From contig CAVWNL010000011.1 of NCBI GenBank assembly GCA_963756485.1, positions 26,999 through 90,998 on the forward strand: a stretch of 64,000 nucleotides of DNA, read 5' to 3'. Of this stretch, positions 20,019 to 28,904 are shown piece after piece. Origin of the DNA: an uncultured Acidobacteriaceae bacterium. GTDB taxonomy: Bacteria; Acidobacteriota; Terriglobia; Terriglobales; Acidobacteriaceae. The translations under genes were made by a program, and so were the position numbers. The first letter of the stretch is position 1. Each line of letters begins with the position of its first letter. The notes under the pieces were generated by a model. That model saw only the letters and a list, made by a program, of their open reading frames with translations. It was not told where the DNA came from and ran no database searches.

Positions 20019-20843
20019 ATGCGGATCGCGATCCAGGGAGAGGCGGGTCTTTCAGCCACCAAGCCGCATTACAGATGGAGCCGCAGGCGGCCATCGTTCC
20101 CTGCGCCTACTCGCCAGAGGTTTTCAAGCTGGTGGAGAGCGGAGAGGTGGATGCGCGCGGTTATCCCCATTGAGAACTCTCTCGCCGGTTCCGTAGTCGA
20201 GCACTTTGATCTTCTCTTCCAGTCGCGATGTGCAGATCGAGCGGGAATTCTTGCTGCGCATTCGCCACAATCTCATCGGCGTTCCCGGCAGCAGCTGAGC
20301 GAAAATCCACAAGGTCCTGTCTCATCCGGTTGCCCTGGCGCAGTGCCGTCGTTTTTTCGCGAGCATCCGCACATGACGCCGACCGCTTTCTACGACACCG
20401 CCGGCAGCGTCAAACATATAACTGCATCTGGCGACAAAGAGACCGGCGCGGTGGCCAGCGAGCAGGCGGCATTAGCCTATGGGGGAATTGTGCTGGCTGC
20501 CGGGATCGAGGACAATGCGGCCAACTACACCCGCTTTTTTTTGATTCGCAGGCGCTCTCAGGTCAGGCCGCTTCCGGATCCGGACAAAGTCAGCATTGCC
20601 TTTACGGTCGAAAATCGCCCCGGGACCCTGGTTTCGGCGCTCCAGGTATTCGCGGAACACGACACCAACCTGTGCAAGATGGAATCTCGTCCGGTGCAGG
20701 GCCAGCCCTGGCAATATGTCTTCTATTTGGACTACCAGGTGGCTGACCCGGGCGCCGCCAGTGCAGCACTGGAACAACTTCGCCGCCGATGCCTGGTGGT
20801 CAAAGAGCTGGGGCACTACCCGGCGGCCCGGCTGGCGTCCTAA
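20019..20843 (+). pseudogene. pheA: Prephenate dehydratase, heavily frame-disturbed in its first 340 nt
   Basis: MRIAIQGEAG | SFSHQAALQMEPQAAIVPCAYSPEVFKLVESGEVDA | VIPIENSLAGSVVEHFDLLF | RDVQIEREFLLRIRHNLIGVPGSS(TGA)AKIHKVLSHPVALAQCRRFF | REHPHMTPTAFYDTAGS...ENRPGTLVSALQVFAEHDTNLCKMESRP (ACT domain). The segments alternate between all three frames. Confidence 0.85.
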
Positions 20844-20959
20844 GCGGGGCTGGCGCCTCCTGAGGGGCCCGGGCCCGTCGATAGAAGGGAAAGAGAAGCC
20901 TTTTGCGACTTTCCGAGACCTTCGGCATCTATTTTAGGTAATCTGATAGAAGGATACTC

Positions 20960-23419
20960 ATGGCTAGCGATTTCTTAAGCATTATCAATCCTACCGACCC
21001 CAGTCGGCGCGAGCAGGGCGGCTCACAGGGGAGAGTTCTACCCATCCTGCCGGTTCGCAGCACGGTGCTGTTTCCGCACGCCGTACTGCCCCTGACGGTC
21101 GGCCGGGAAAGCTCCATTCAACTCATTCAATCGCTGGGAGAGCAGAAGACCATCGTGGTGGTCGCGCAGCGCGACGAGCGCATGGATAGCCCCCAACCCA
21201 GCGATCTGTATTCCGTCGGCACCCTGGCGACGGTGCACAAAGTCGTCAAAATGCCCAACCAGAGCCTGTTTGTGTTTACCGAGGGCACGGAGCGGGTCAG
21301 ATTGGGAGAATTTGCCCAAATCGAGCCGTTCATGATGGCTACGGTCGACCACCTGGCGGAAGTGGATCCGGGGAAGAGCGCCGAGCTGGAAGCTCTGCAG
21401 CGCAATGTCATCGCGCAATTCCAGCAAATCGTCACTACCTCGCCTACTCTCTCCGACGAGCTCCAGACCATCGCCCTGAATATCGAAGATCCGGGGCGCC
21501 TGGTCGATTTCATTGCTTCTTCCCTGCCGTTCCTGGCCACCACCGACAAGCAGGAACTGCTGGAAACACCCGATGTGATGTTGCGCATGGAGCGCATCAA
21601 CAAGCATCTGGCTAAGGAAGCGGAAGTCCAGCAACTGCGGAACAAGATCCAGACCGAAGTTCAGGATCAGGTGCAGCAATCGCAGCGCGACTACTACCTG
21701 CGGGAGCAGCTCAAGGCCATCCAGAAGGAAATTGGCGAGCTCGACGACGGCCAAAAGGATATCGAGGAGCTTCGGCAGAAGATCGAAGCCGCCGGCATGC
21801 CCGAGGACGTGAAGAAGGAAGCCACCAAGGAACTCGGCCGGCTGTCCCGTATGTCCCCCATGGCTGCGGACTACTCGCTCACCCGCAACTACGTGGAATG
21901 GCTAGCGGTGTTGCCGTGGACCAAATCTACGGGCGGGGAAGTCGACATCACCAAAGCGAAGGAGATCCTCGACCTTGATCACTACGATCTGAAGCGAGTG
22001 AAGGATCGCATCCTCGACTACCTGAGCGTGCGCCGTCTCAAGCCTGATATGAAGGGGCCGATCCTCTGCTTTGTCGGACCTCCAGGCGTGGGCAAAACGT
22101 CGCTCGGACGCAGCATCGCCCGTGCGCTAGGCCGCAAATTCCAACGCATCTCGCTCGGCGGCATGCACGACGAGGCTGAGATTCGCGGTCACCGCCGCAC
22201 CTACATTGGCGCCCTTCCGGGCCAGATCATGCAGGCGCTGCGGCGTGCCGACGCGAACGATCCCGTCTTCATGCTGGACGAGATAGACAAGCTGGGACGC
22301 GACTTCCGCGGCGATCCGGCCTCGGCTCTGCTCGAGACTCTGGATCCGGAGCAGAACAACACGTTCCGCGACAACTACCTGGACGTTCCGTTCGATCTGT
22401 CCAAGGTGCTCTTTATCTGCACCGCGAACATGCTCGATCCAATCCCGGAGCCATTGCGGGACCGCATGGAGATCATCGATCTCTCGGGTTACACCGAGGA
22501 TGAGAAGGCTCACATCGCGTTCCGCTACCTCATTCCGCGCCAGATCAAGGAAAACGGAATCGAGACCAAGGAAGGGGAAGCACCGCAGATCGAGTTTCCG
22601 GAGGAAGGCGTTCGCTACATCGTGCGGCACTACACACGAGAAGCAGGCGTCCGCAAGCTGGAACAACTGATCGGGACTGTATGCCGCAAGCAGGCACGGC
22701 GCATCGCTGAAGGGAAGACGGGCACGCTGGTCGTCGACCGGGCGGTCATCCAGGAGTTCCTCGGCGGTATCAAGGTTCGCGTGGACACCGAGTTGGCCGA
22801 GCGCACCCGGCGTGCCGGTGTAGCGGTCGGGCTGGCCTGGACGCCTGCTGGTGGAGATGTCCTGTTCATCGAAGCCAACCGGATGAAAGGCAAGGGCGGC
22901 TTCAAGATGACCGGCCAGATCGGCGAGGTCATGCAGGAATCCATGCAGGCTGCGCTGACCTGGGTACGTTCCAACGCCGGCACCCTGGGCCTGGAGGAAG
23001 ACTTCACCAAGGATCTGGACATTCACATCCACGTTCCTGCTGGAGCCATCCCCAAGGACGGGCCTTCGGCCGGTGTCACCATGGCAACCACCCTGGTTTC
23101 ACTGATGACCGACAGGGCGGTTCGTCCGCTCACCGCGATGACCGGTGAGATTACCCTCAGCGGCAACGTTCTACCGGTGGGCGGCATTAAGGAGAAGTTT
23201 CTCGCCGCCAAGCGTGCCGGGGTGCAGGATGTCATCCTGCCGGCGGAAAATCGCCAGAACGTCGAAGAGGACCTGACCGCGGATCAAATCGAAGGTGTGA
23301 ACATCCACTACGCCAGCCGTATCGAAGACGTCCTGGCCGTGGCGCTCCCCAAGACTGCCAGCGAAGAGAAGAAGGACGAGGCAGTCCGGGAAAACATCAT
23401 CGAACACGCTGGGGTCTAA
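20960..23419 (+). CDS. lon: ATP-dependent protease Lon (endopeptidase La)
   Basis: Intact 819 aa. It has an N-terminal LON domain ([23 protein letters not shown]), Walker [10 protein letters not shown], and the protease domain ..[24 protein letters not shown].. with the catalytic Ser context. Confidence 0.95.
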   Translation: MASDFLSIINPTDPSRREQGGSQGRVLPILPVRSTVLFPHAVLPLTVGRESSIQLIQSLGEQKTIVVVAQRDERMDSPQPSDLYSVGTLATVHKVVKMPNQSLFVFTEGTERVRLGEFAQIEPFMMATVDHLAEVDPGKSAELEALQRNVIAQFQQIVTTSPTLSDELQTIALNIEDPGRLVDFIASSLPFLATTDKQELLETPDVMLRMERINKHLAKEAEVQQLRNKIQTEVQDQVQQSQRDYYLREQLKAIQKEIGELDDGQKDIEELRQKIEAAGMPEDVKKEATKELGRLSRMSPMAADYSLTRNYVEWLAVLPWTKSTGGEVDITKAKEILDLDHYDLKRVKDRILDYLSVRRLKPDMKGPILCFVGPPGVGKTSLGRSIARALGRKFQRISLGGMHDEAEIRGHRRTYIGALPGQIMQALRRADANDPVFMLDEIDKLGRDFRGDPASALLETLDPEQNNTFRDNYLDVPFDLSKVLFICTANMLDPIPEPLRDRMEIIDLSGYTEDEKAHIAFRYLIPRQIKENGIETKEGEAPQIEFPEEGVRYIVRHYTREAGVRKLEQLIGTVCRKQARRIAEGKTGTLVVDRAVIQEFLGGIKVRVDTELAERTRRAGVAVGLAWTPAGGDVLFIEANRMKGKGGFKMTGQIGEVMQESMQAALTWVRSNAGTLGLEEDFTKDLDIHIHVPAGAIPKDGPSAGVTMATTLVSLMTDRAVRPLTAMTGEITLSGNVLPVGGIKEKFLAAKRAGVQDVILPAENRQNVEEDLTADQIEGVNIHYASRIEDVLAVALPKTASEEKKDEAVRENIIEHAGV

Positions 23420-23441
23420 TTCCTGACGTCTGTATTAAGAA

Positions 23442-23471
23442 GGCCCGCCTCACCAGCGGGCCTTTTCTTTT
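23442..23471 (+). terminator. Intrinsic terminator after lon
   Basis: GGCCCGC-ctcacca-GCGGGCC followed by TTTTCTTTT, 23 nt after the lon stop. Confidence 0.75.
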
Positions 23472-23507
23472 GTCACGGGCCCGCTTAACGAGTCTCTGAT
23501 GAATCGA

Positions 23508-23642
23508 GTCGCGCAGGGACGGCTGAAAAGCAGGCCGCATGCAACCCTGAAGAACCTTCAGCCGTCCCTTCGGGACTCGATCATGTTGCATGATGTACCC
23601 AGGACTAACGTCCTGGGCTAAGTTCAGTCGTCCCTCCGGGAC
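23508..23642. repeat. Composite palindromic repeat units (families gtccc..gggac/ggctgaa and cccaggac....gtcctggg)
   Basis: gtcgcgcagggacggctgaa (23508-27) and ttcagccgtcccttcgggac (23557-76) are inverted relative to each other. They are followed by cccaggactaacgtcctggg (23598-617) and ttcagtcgtccctccgggac (23623-42). Confidence 0.7.
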
Positions 23643-23654
23643 TAAATTCGCATA

Positions 23655-23692
23655 GCCTATAAAGTGTTGATTTGCCTATAAAGTGTTGATTT
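23655..23692 (+). repeat. Perfect tandem duplication of the 19-nt unit gcctataaagtgttgattt, ending at the pncB RBS
   Basis: Unit 1 is 23655-23673 and unit 2 is 23674-23692; they are identical. They are followed by AAGGA and ATG 23703. Confidence 0.85.
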
Positions 23693-23702
23693 AAGGACAC
23701 CG

Positions 23703-25088
23703 ATGATCATTGATTTCGCGGAGCGGGCGCACAACCACAACTGGGACCTGGACCCGGTGGTGCGATCCCTGCTGGACACGGACTTTTACAAATTGCTCAT
23801 GCTTCAGTTCATCTGGAAGCATTTCCCTACCACCCAGGTGTCGTTCTCGATGAGCAACCGGTCCTCCTCGCTGCGGCTCGCCGATGTGATTGCGCGCGAA
23901 GAGGTACTGCAGCAGCTGGAGCACGTGCGCAGCCTGCGGTTTCTGAAGTCGGAACTGATCTGGTTGGCCGGTAACACCTTCTTCGGCCGCCGCGGGATCT
24001 TCGAGCCGGACTTCCTGGAGTGGCTGGGCCACGGTTTCCGTCTCTCCAGCTACCGGCTCACCGTGCGCGATGGGGAATTCCATCTCCAGTTCGACGGGCT
24101 TTGGACGGAAGCGACGATGTGGGAGATTTATGCGCTCTCCATCATCAACGAGTTGAAGTCGCGCGCTGCTTTCAAGGGCATGAGCGAATTCGAACTCGAC
24201 ATCCTCTACGCCCAGGCCAAGGCTAAGCTCTGGGGCAAGATCGAGCGGCTGACGGGTGTGCCCGAACTGAGAGTGGCCGACTTCGGTACCCGCCGCCGGC
24301 ACAGCTTCCTTTGGCAGGAATATGTGGTGATGGCGATGAACACCGCTCTGGCCGAGCATTTCAGCGGCACCTCCAACACCTATCTTGCGTACAAGCACAA
24401 CCTGGAAGCCGTGGGGACGAATGCCCACGAACTGCCCATGGCGCTGGCCGCCATGGCTACCAGCGACGCGGAGTTGAAAAGCTCGCAGTATCGCATTCTG
24501 GAGATGTGGCAAAGCACGTATGGCCAGGACATCCGCATCATGCTGCCGGATACCTACGGGACGACGCAGTTTCTGGCGGACGCTCCGGATTGGACAGCGG
24601 ATTGGACCGGACAGCGCATCGACAGCAAAGACCCCTATGTGGGAGGGGACGAATACATCGAATGGCTGAAAAAGCGTGGCCGGGATCCGAAACAAAAGCT
24701 GATCATCGCTTCCGACGCCATGGATGTCGAGGATATCCTCGGCCTGCACGCGTACTTCATGGGCACGATGGCGTCCGGACTGGCGCCGAGCGACTTTCAC
24801 AGCGCGGCGGACTTCGCGGACGAGGCCAAGTGGACCCCTGGCCGCCGCATCCGCTTCAGTGCCGGTTGGGGCACGCTGCTGACCAATGATTTTCGCGGCT
24901 GCCACCCCAACGGCAAAAACGGGCTCCATCCCGCCAGCCTGATCTGCAAAATGACCGAGGCCGATGGCCGCCCAGCGGTCAAACTCTCAGACAATTACGC
25001 CAAGGCTACCGGGTTGCGATCGGAGATTGCCCGCTACCGCAGGGTTTTTGGGACGGCGGGCGTGGCCAACATACCCGTGCTGGTGTGA
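23703..25088 (+). CDS. pncB: Nicotinate phosphoribosyltransferase
   Basis: Intact 461 aa: ..DPVVRSLLDTDFYKLLMLQFIWKHFP.., ..ADFGTRRRHSF.., ..GTNAHELPMA.., ..IDSKDP... Confidence 0.9.
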   Translation: MIIDFAERAHNHNWDLDPVVRSLLDTDFYKLLMLQFIWKHFPTTQVSFSMSNRSSSLRLADVIAREEVLQQLEHVRSLRFLKSELIWLAGNTFFGRRGIFEPDFLEWLGHGFRLSSYRLTVRDGEFHLQFDGLWTEATMWEIYALSIINELKSRAAFKGMSEFELDILYAQAKAKLWGKIERLTGVPELRVADFGTRRRHSFLWQEYVVMAMNTALAEHFSGTSNTYLAYKHNLEAVGTNAHELPMALAAMATSDAELKSSQYRILEMWQSTYGQDIRIMLPDTYGTTQFLADAPDWTADWTGQRIDSKDPYVGGDEYIEWLKKRGRDPKQKLIIASDAMDVEDILGLHAYFMGTMASGLAPSDFHSAADFADEAKWTPGRRIRFSAGWGTLLTNDFRGCHPNGKNGLHPASLICKMTEADGRPAVKLSDNYAKATGLRSEIARYRRVFGTAGVANIPVLV

Positions 25089-25171
25089 ACCCACGCCATT
25101 TTGTGCGAGGACACGTCTAACCTCTGTCCCATCGGGAGATCCGGGGGATGGCCTTCGGATATTCTCTTCCC

Positions 25172-25858
25172 ATGCGCGTCACGGTTTTGTTTTTTGGAGT
25201 GCTGAAGGAGATGCTCTCAAGCGAGAGCCAGACGCTCGAGCTTCCCCAGGGCGCGACTGTCGATGCGGTTCTGGGACACTTCAGCGGATTGTTGCCGCAG
25301 CAGCCAAAGCTGTGGTCATCGCTGGCAATTGCCGTGAACCAGAGCTACGCCCCGAGCGGCTGTTTGTTGCGGGACGGAGACGAGGTGGCGTTGCTGCCTC
25401 CCGTCAGCGGCGGCTGCGAACCGGCGATTGCCCTGGTGAGCGAACCCATCGACGCTGCTGTGCTGGTAGCCGGCATCAAGCAGGGGGAAGATGGCGCCGT
25501 GGTGGTGTTCGATGGCATCGTCCGCAACAATACTCGGGGAAGGCGCACACTTTTCCTGGTCTACGAGGCGTACCAGGAGATGGCCTTGCGCCAGATGAAG
25601 GCCCTGGCCGAGGAGGCGATCGGCCTGCATGGCGTCCGCCAGGTCGCCATGGTGCACCGACTGGGAAGGCTGGAAGTAGGCGAGACCAGTGTGCTCATTG
25701 CCGTTTCTTCTGCCCACCGGGCCCAGGCGTTCGAAGCATGCCGCTGGCTGATCGACACCCTCAAAAAGACAGTGCCTATCTGGAAGAAGGAACATTTCGA
25801 AGATGGAGCTGTCTGGGCAGACGGCGAGCCCTTCCCACCCAGCCTGGTGGAAAAGTGA
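25172..25858 (+). CDS. Fused molybdopterin synthase subunits MoaD-MoaE
   Basis: The MoaD part is MRVTVLFFGVLKEML..LRDGDEVALLPPVSGG (C-terminal GG). It runs without a stop into the MoaE part ..GAVVVFDGIVRNNTRGRRTLFLVYEAYQEMA..VAMVHRLGRLEVGETSVLIAVSSAHRAQAFEACRWLIDTLKKTVPIWKKE. An alternative start is ATG 25148. Confidence 0.8.
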   Translation: MRVTVLFFGVLKEMLSSESQTLELPQGATVDAVLGHFSGLLPQQPKLWSSLAIAVNQSYAPSGCLLRDGDEVALLPPVSGGCEPAIALVSEPIDAAVLVAGIKQGEDGAVVVFDGIVRNNTRGRRTLFLVYEAYQEMALRQMKALAEEAIGLHGVRQVAMVHRLGRLEVGETSVLIAVSSAHRAQAFEACRWLIDTLKKTVPIWKKEHFEDGAVWADGEPFPPSLVEK

Positions 25859-26754
25859 GGCTGCTTTGCGCCGCTCTCTGCTGCGCCTTAAACTTCCCGG
25901 TCTACGCCCAGTCTGCCGCGCAGCCGCCGACCATCAGCGTCAATGTCCGCCTGGTAAACGTGTTCGTCAATGTGACCGATGACAAAGGCGCTCCGGTTCC
26001 TGGCCTTACCAAGGACGAGTTCTCGCTCTTTGAGGACAATCATCCCCAAAAGATCGCCGTGTTTGAGCGCCAGTCAGAACTCCCCCTGGAGATTGTTCTT
26101 GCCATTGACACCAGTGGCAGTGTCCATAAGGACCTGTATGTGGAGCAGGAGGCGGCCAAGCACTTTGTGCATTCGCTGTTGCGGCCGGTGGATCATCTCG
26201 ATCTGATGGAGTTTGCCGATAACGTGCGCGAGATGATCTTCTTCACCAATAGCCCGGGCCGCATCGACCACGGGCTGAACGACATGCAGCGAGGGGCGGC
26301 CACCGCGCTATACAGCGGCGTCTATCTGGCGTCGCAGAGCCTGGCGTCGCGTTCCGGCCGCAAGGTGCTGGTCATCATCTCCGATGGTGGCAACACGGTA
26401 AAGGGCACCACTTACGACCAGGCGCTGGAACAGGCGTTGCGCGGCGAAGTGATGGTTTATCCCATCATCGACGTCCCCATTTCGGCCAGTGCGGGACGCG
26501 ATCTTGCCGGGGAACACGCCCTCATCACCCTGGCTCAGGAGACAGGCGGCAAGTATTACTACGCGGAATCCACTTCCCTGGATCGAGCGTTCGCCCAGTT
26601 GTCGGAAGATCTGCGAACGCAATACCTGCTCGGGTATTATCCTTCGAATCGTTCCGGCAAGGATTTTCGCAGCATCTCCGTCAAGCTGCGTGATCCGAGC
26701 CCGGGGTACATCCTCCGCAACCGGCCCGGCTATTACCCTTCGCCCTTGCAGTAA
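25855..26754 (+). CDS. Secreted VWA-domain protein (resembles the VWFA-related family abundant in Acidobacteria; TIGR03436, from memory)
   Basis: GTG 25855 overlaps the moaE stop (GTGA). The product has a signal-like MRLLCAALCCALNFPVYAQ, then ..VRLVNVFVNVTDDKGAPVPGLTKDEFSLFEDNHPQKI..LAIDTSGSV..VLVIISDGGNTV... The upstream 890 nt of the 596-aa ORF overlap pncB/moaDE and are not protein-like. Confidence 0.8.
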   Translation: MRLLCAALCCALNFPVYAQSAAQPPTISVNVRLVNVFVNVTDDKGAPVPGLTKDEFSLFEDNHPQKIAVFERQSELPLEIVLAIDTSGSVHKDLYVEQEAAKHFVHSLLRPVDHLDLMEFADNVREMIFFTNSPGRIDHGLNDMQRGAATALYSGVYLASQSLASRSGRKVLVIISDGGNTVKGTTYDQALEQALRGEVMVYPIIDVPISASAGRDLAGEHALITLAQETGGKYYYAESTSLDRAFAQLSEDLRTQYLLGYYPSNRSGKDFRSISVKLRDPSPGYILRNRPGYYPSPLQ

Positions 26755-26782
26755 GCGGCGAAGGAACTGCTACTTTTTATTT

Positions 26783-26948
26783 GCAACGAATCTTGGGTGC
26801 CCCATACTCGCTCGTTTTTCGCGAGATGTGGGATTCCACCAGACTTAACTTCAAGTATTGATTGCCCGAATGCCTTCGGGATGGAGCGGCGTGGAATCCC
26901 ACATCTCGCGAAAAACGAGCGAGATATGGGGCACCCGAGATTCGTTGC
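26783..26948. repeat. Long inverted repeat (about 57-nt arms, 51-nt spacer) built from two copies of a palindromic unit
   Basis: The left arm (26783-26839) is gcaacgaatcttgggtgccccatactcgctcgtttttcgcgagatgtgggattccac. The right arm (26891-26948) is its reverse complement apart from a few mismatches or indels. The spacer contains the hairpin cccgaa-tgcc-ttcggg. Confidence 0.85.
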
Positions 26949-27091
26949 CGGTAGAGTGCGCCCGGTAATCGGGGCACAGCCTGTGAAGCCCTCTCGCGCG
27001 CAAAGCCCAAAGAATTCAACGCCCAGTGACATTTGTTAAGGTTTCGTCAATTAACCTCGACCGAGGGGCCCTAATTCATCGCGGAGTTTTG

Positions 27092-28564
27092 ATGCGCGTC
27101 TGGTTGTTGATCTTTACCGTGTTGCTTTGCCTGCCGGCGCTGCCGGCAAGAGCGACGCTACCCGATGCTCCCCAGGCTCTCGTGCCTGACCCGCAAGCCC
27201 CAGGGGCCCATCCGGCTCCGCCGAGCCGTCAATCGCTGCCCCAGATCAACCAACGCGAGGCCGACCAGTCCGACGACCAGCTGAATCCTGCCGTCTTTTC
27301 TCACCACCTCATCGCGGACCGCATCTGGATCTCCGGCCAGGCCAACTTCATCTTCCAGGCCCATGGACCCTTCCACTCACCGTATGCCGGAACCAACAGC
27401 TTCCAGAGCCGGGTGGAAATGACCGCGCTGTCTCGTGTGCTCACCTTGTATACGGGGGTCAAGCTCACCCGGTGGACTGAATTCATCTTCAATGCAGAGG
27501 AGGCGGGAGGGAAGGGCCTGAGCCAGGCTCTGGGCATTGCGGCCTTCACCAACGTTGATGTGGTACGAAATCCATCCCTGGGCCAGGGCGTCTATGCCGC
27601 TCGCTACTTTATCCACCAGACCTTTCCCCTGACCGCCGACCGTGTCGAGGAACAACCCAATCCCTTCTATTTACAGGAATCGATTCCCCGGCGCCGTATC
27701 GAGTTCACCATGGGCAAGATGGGGCTGGTCGATTTCTTCGACCTCAACTCCGTGGGCAGCGACGTTCATCTGCAGTTTACGAACTGGGCAATCGATAACA
27801 ATGGTGCTTACGATTATGCCGCCAACACTCGCGGCTATACGGTCGCGGCCATTCTCAGTTATGCCGGTCCGGAATTCGAAGCCCGCTTCGGGGAAGCACT
27901 GATGCCGACCGTGGCCAACGGCACGAATCTCGATGCCGATCTACGCCGCGCCCGGGCGGAGAATCTAGAACTGACATGGAAGCCGCATATCTTCCAGGGG
28001 TTGGATACTTTCATTCGGCCACTGGCCTATCTGAACCACGCCAACATGGGTGACTACGGAGAAGCCATCGCCGCGTTCCAGGACCACGTTGATCGCATTC
28101 CCGACATCACCCTGCACCGGCACCAGGGAACCCTGAAACAGGGCTTCGGTCTGAACGTGGAGCAGGTGCTCCCGGCGAACTTCCGTGCGTTTCTTCGCTA
28201 TGGATGGAATGAAGGACATCACGAGTCGTTTGCCTATACAGAGATGAACGACACTTTTGCGATTGGCGCCGAACTTCCCGGGGATGCGTGGGGACGAAAG
28301 CAGGATCAGATCGGGAGCGCCTTTGAAACCGGAGGCATCAGCACCAAGCACCAGCAGTACCTGGCCCTGGGAGGTTTGGGGTTCATCCTGGGCGACGGCC
28401 GGCTGAAGTACGGCCGCGAAGACGTCAGCGAGACCTACTACAACGCCCACATCGTGAGCGGGCTCTATATGGCGGCCCAGCTCTCTTTCGTCAACAATCC
28501 GGGCTACAATCGAGACCGGGGTCCAGTAGTTATCCCCGGGGTCCGGGCCCACGTGGATTTTTGA
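27092..28564 (+). CDS. Outer-membrane carbohydrate-selective porin, OprB-like
   Basis: Signal peptide MRVWLLIFTVLLCLPALPARA, then ..DRIWISGQANFIFQAHGPFHSPYAGTNSFQ.. and an alternating beta-strand pattern ending in ..VRAHVDF (C-terminal Phe). Confidence 0.7.
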   Translation: MRVWLLIFTVLLCLPALPARATLPDAPQALVPDPQAPGAHPAPPSRQSLPQINQREADQSDDQLNPAVFSHHLIADRIWISGQANFIFQAHGPFHSPYAGTNSFQSRVEMTALSRVLTLYTGVKLTRWTEFIFNAEEAGGKGLSQALGIAAFTNVDVVRNPSLGQGVYAARYFIHQTFPLTADRVEEQPNPFYLQESIPRRRIEFTMGKMGLVDFFDLNSVGSDVHLQFTNWAIDNNGAYDYAANTRGYTVAAILSYAGPEFEARFGEALMPTVANGTNLDADLRRARAENLELTWKPHIFQGLDTFIRPLAYLNHANMGDYGEAIAAFQDHVDRIPDITLHRHQGTLKQGFGLNVEQVLPANFRAFLRYGWNEGHHESFAYTEMNDTFAIGAELPGDAWGRKQDQIGSAFETGGISTKHQQYLALGGLGFILGDGRLKYGREDVSETYYNAHIVSGLYMAAQLSFVNNPGYNRDRGPVVIPGVRAHVDF

Positions 28565-28619
28565 GATGCATCCACTGCACAGACTTCCTGCATCTCTGTG
28601 AGCAGCTACCGCGTACAAC

Positions 28620-28904
28620 ATGGCAAGTCAAAACCCATCCCGGCGGGGTAAGAAAGAGCCGCCTCTTGGCGAAACAGGCCAGGAGACACTCTATCTGCGC
28701 TTCCTGAGCGAAAAGCAGGTAAGAGTGAACGTGAAATTGCGTGACGGCGAGAGCGTTTCCGGCTGGATCGAGTATTTCGACGACACCATGATCCGGCTGA
28801 CGCGCGAAGGGCAGCCCAATTTGTTTATCTATAAGCACCAGATCCGCACAATCAGCGAACGCGGCCGCCGGGCAACCAACGGCGTGGAGAGAAGCACCTC
28901 TTGA
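28620..28904 (+). CDS. Sm-fold / Hfq-like RNA-binding protein (divergent)
   Basis: ..QETLYLRFLSEKQVRVNVKLRDGESVSGWIEYFDDTMIRLTREGQPNLFIYKHQIRTI. This parallels the Hfq Sm1/Sm2 layout (..V.IYL.NG..L.G.I..FD.F.I.L......VYKHAIST). Confidence 0.55.
   Translation: MASQNPSRRGKKEPPLGETGQETLYLRFLSEKQVRVNVKLRDGESVSGWIEYFDDTMIRLTREGQPNLFIYKHQIRTISERGRRATNGVERSTS

Noticed and set aside
20296-20298. In-frame TGA in pheA as possible selenocysteine or other recoding
   Set aside because: There is no SECIS-like hairpin immediately downstream. The position is not a catalytic Cys in prephenate dehydratases, and the codon lies in a stretch with five indels, so an error or mutation is far more likely.
23691-24929. 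412-aa ORF antisense to pncB
   Set aside because: It is an antisense shadow ORF of a clearly identified gene. I saw no start or RBS context and no recognisable motif.
25089-25171. Possible Moco riboswitch upstream of moaD-moaE
   Set aside because: I could not find the conserved Moco-motif stems or loops by eye, and the region is only about 80 nt. It needs a cmsearch (RF01055) before any claim.
24964-25854. N-terminal 297 codons of the 596-aa ORF (an apparent giant VWA protein)
   Set aside because: This part overlaps the pncB 3' end and all of moaD-moaE in another frame and is Arg/Gly/Pro-rich. A GTG at 25855 followed by a signal peptide gives a normal-sized VWA protein.
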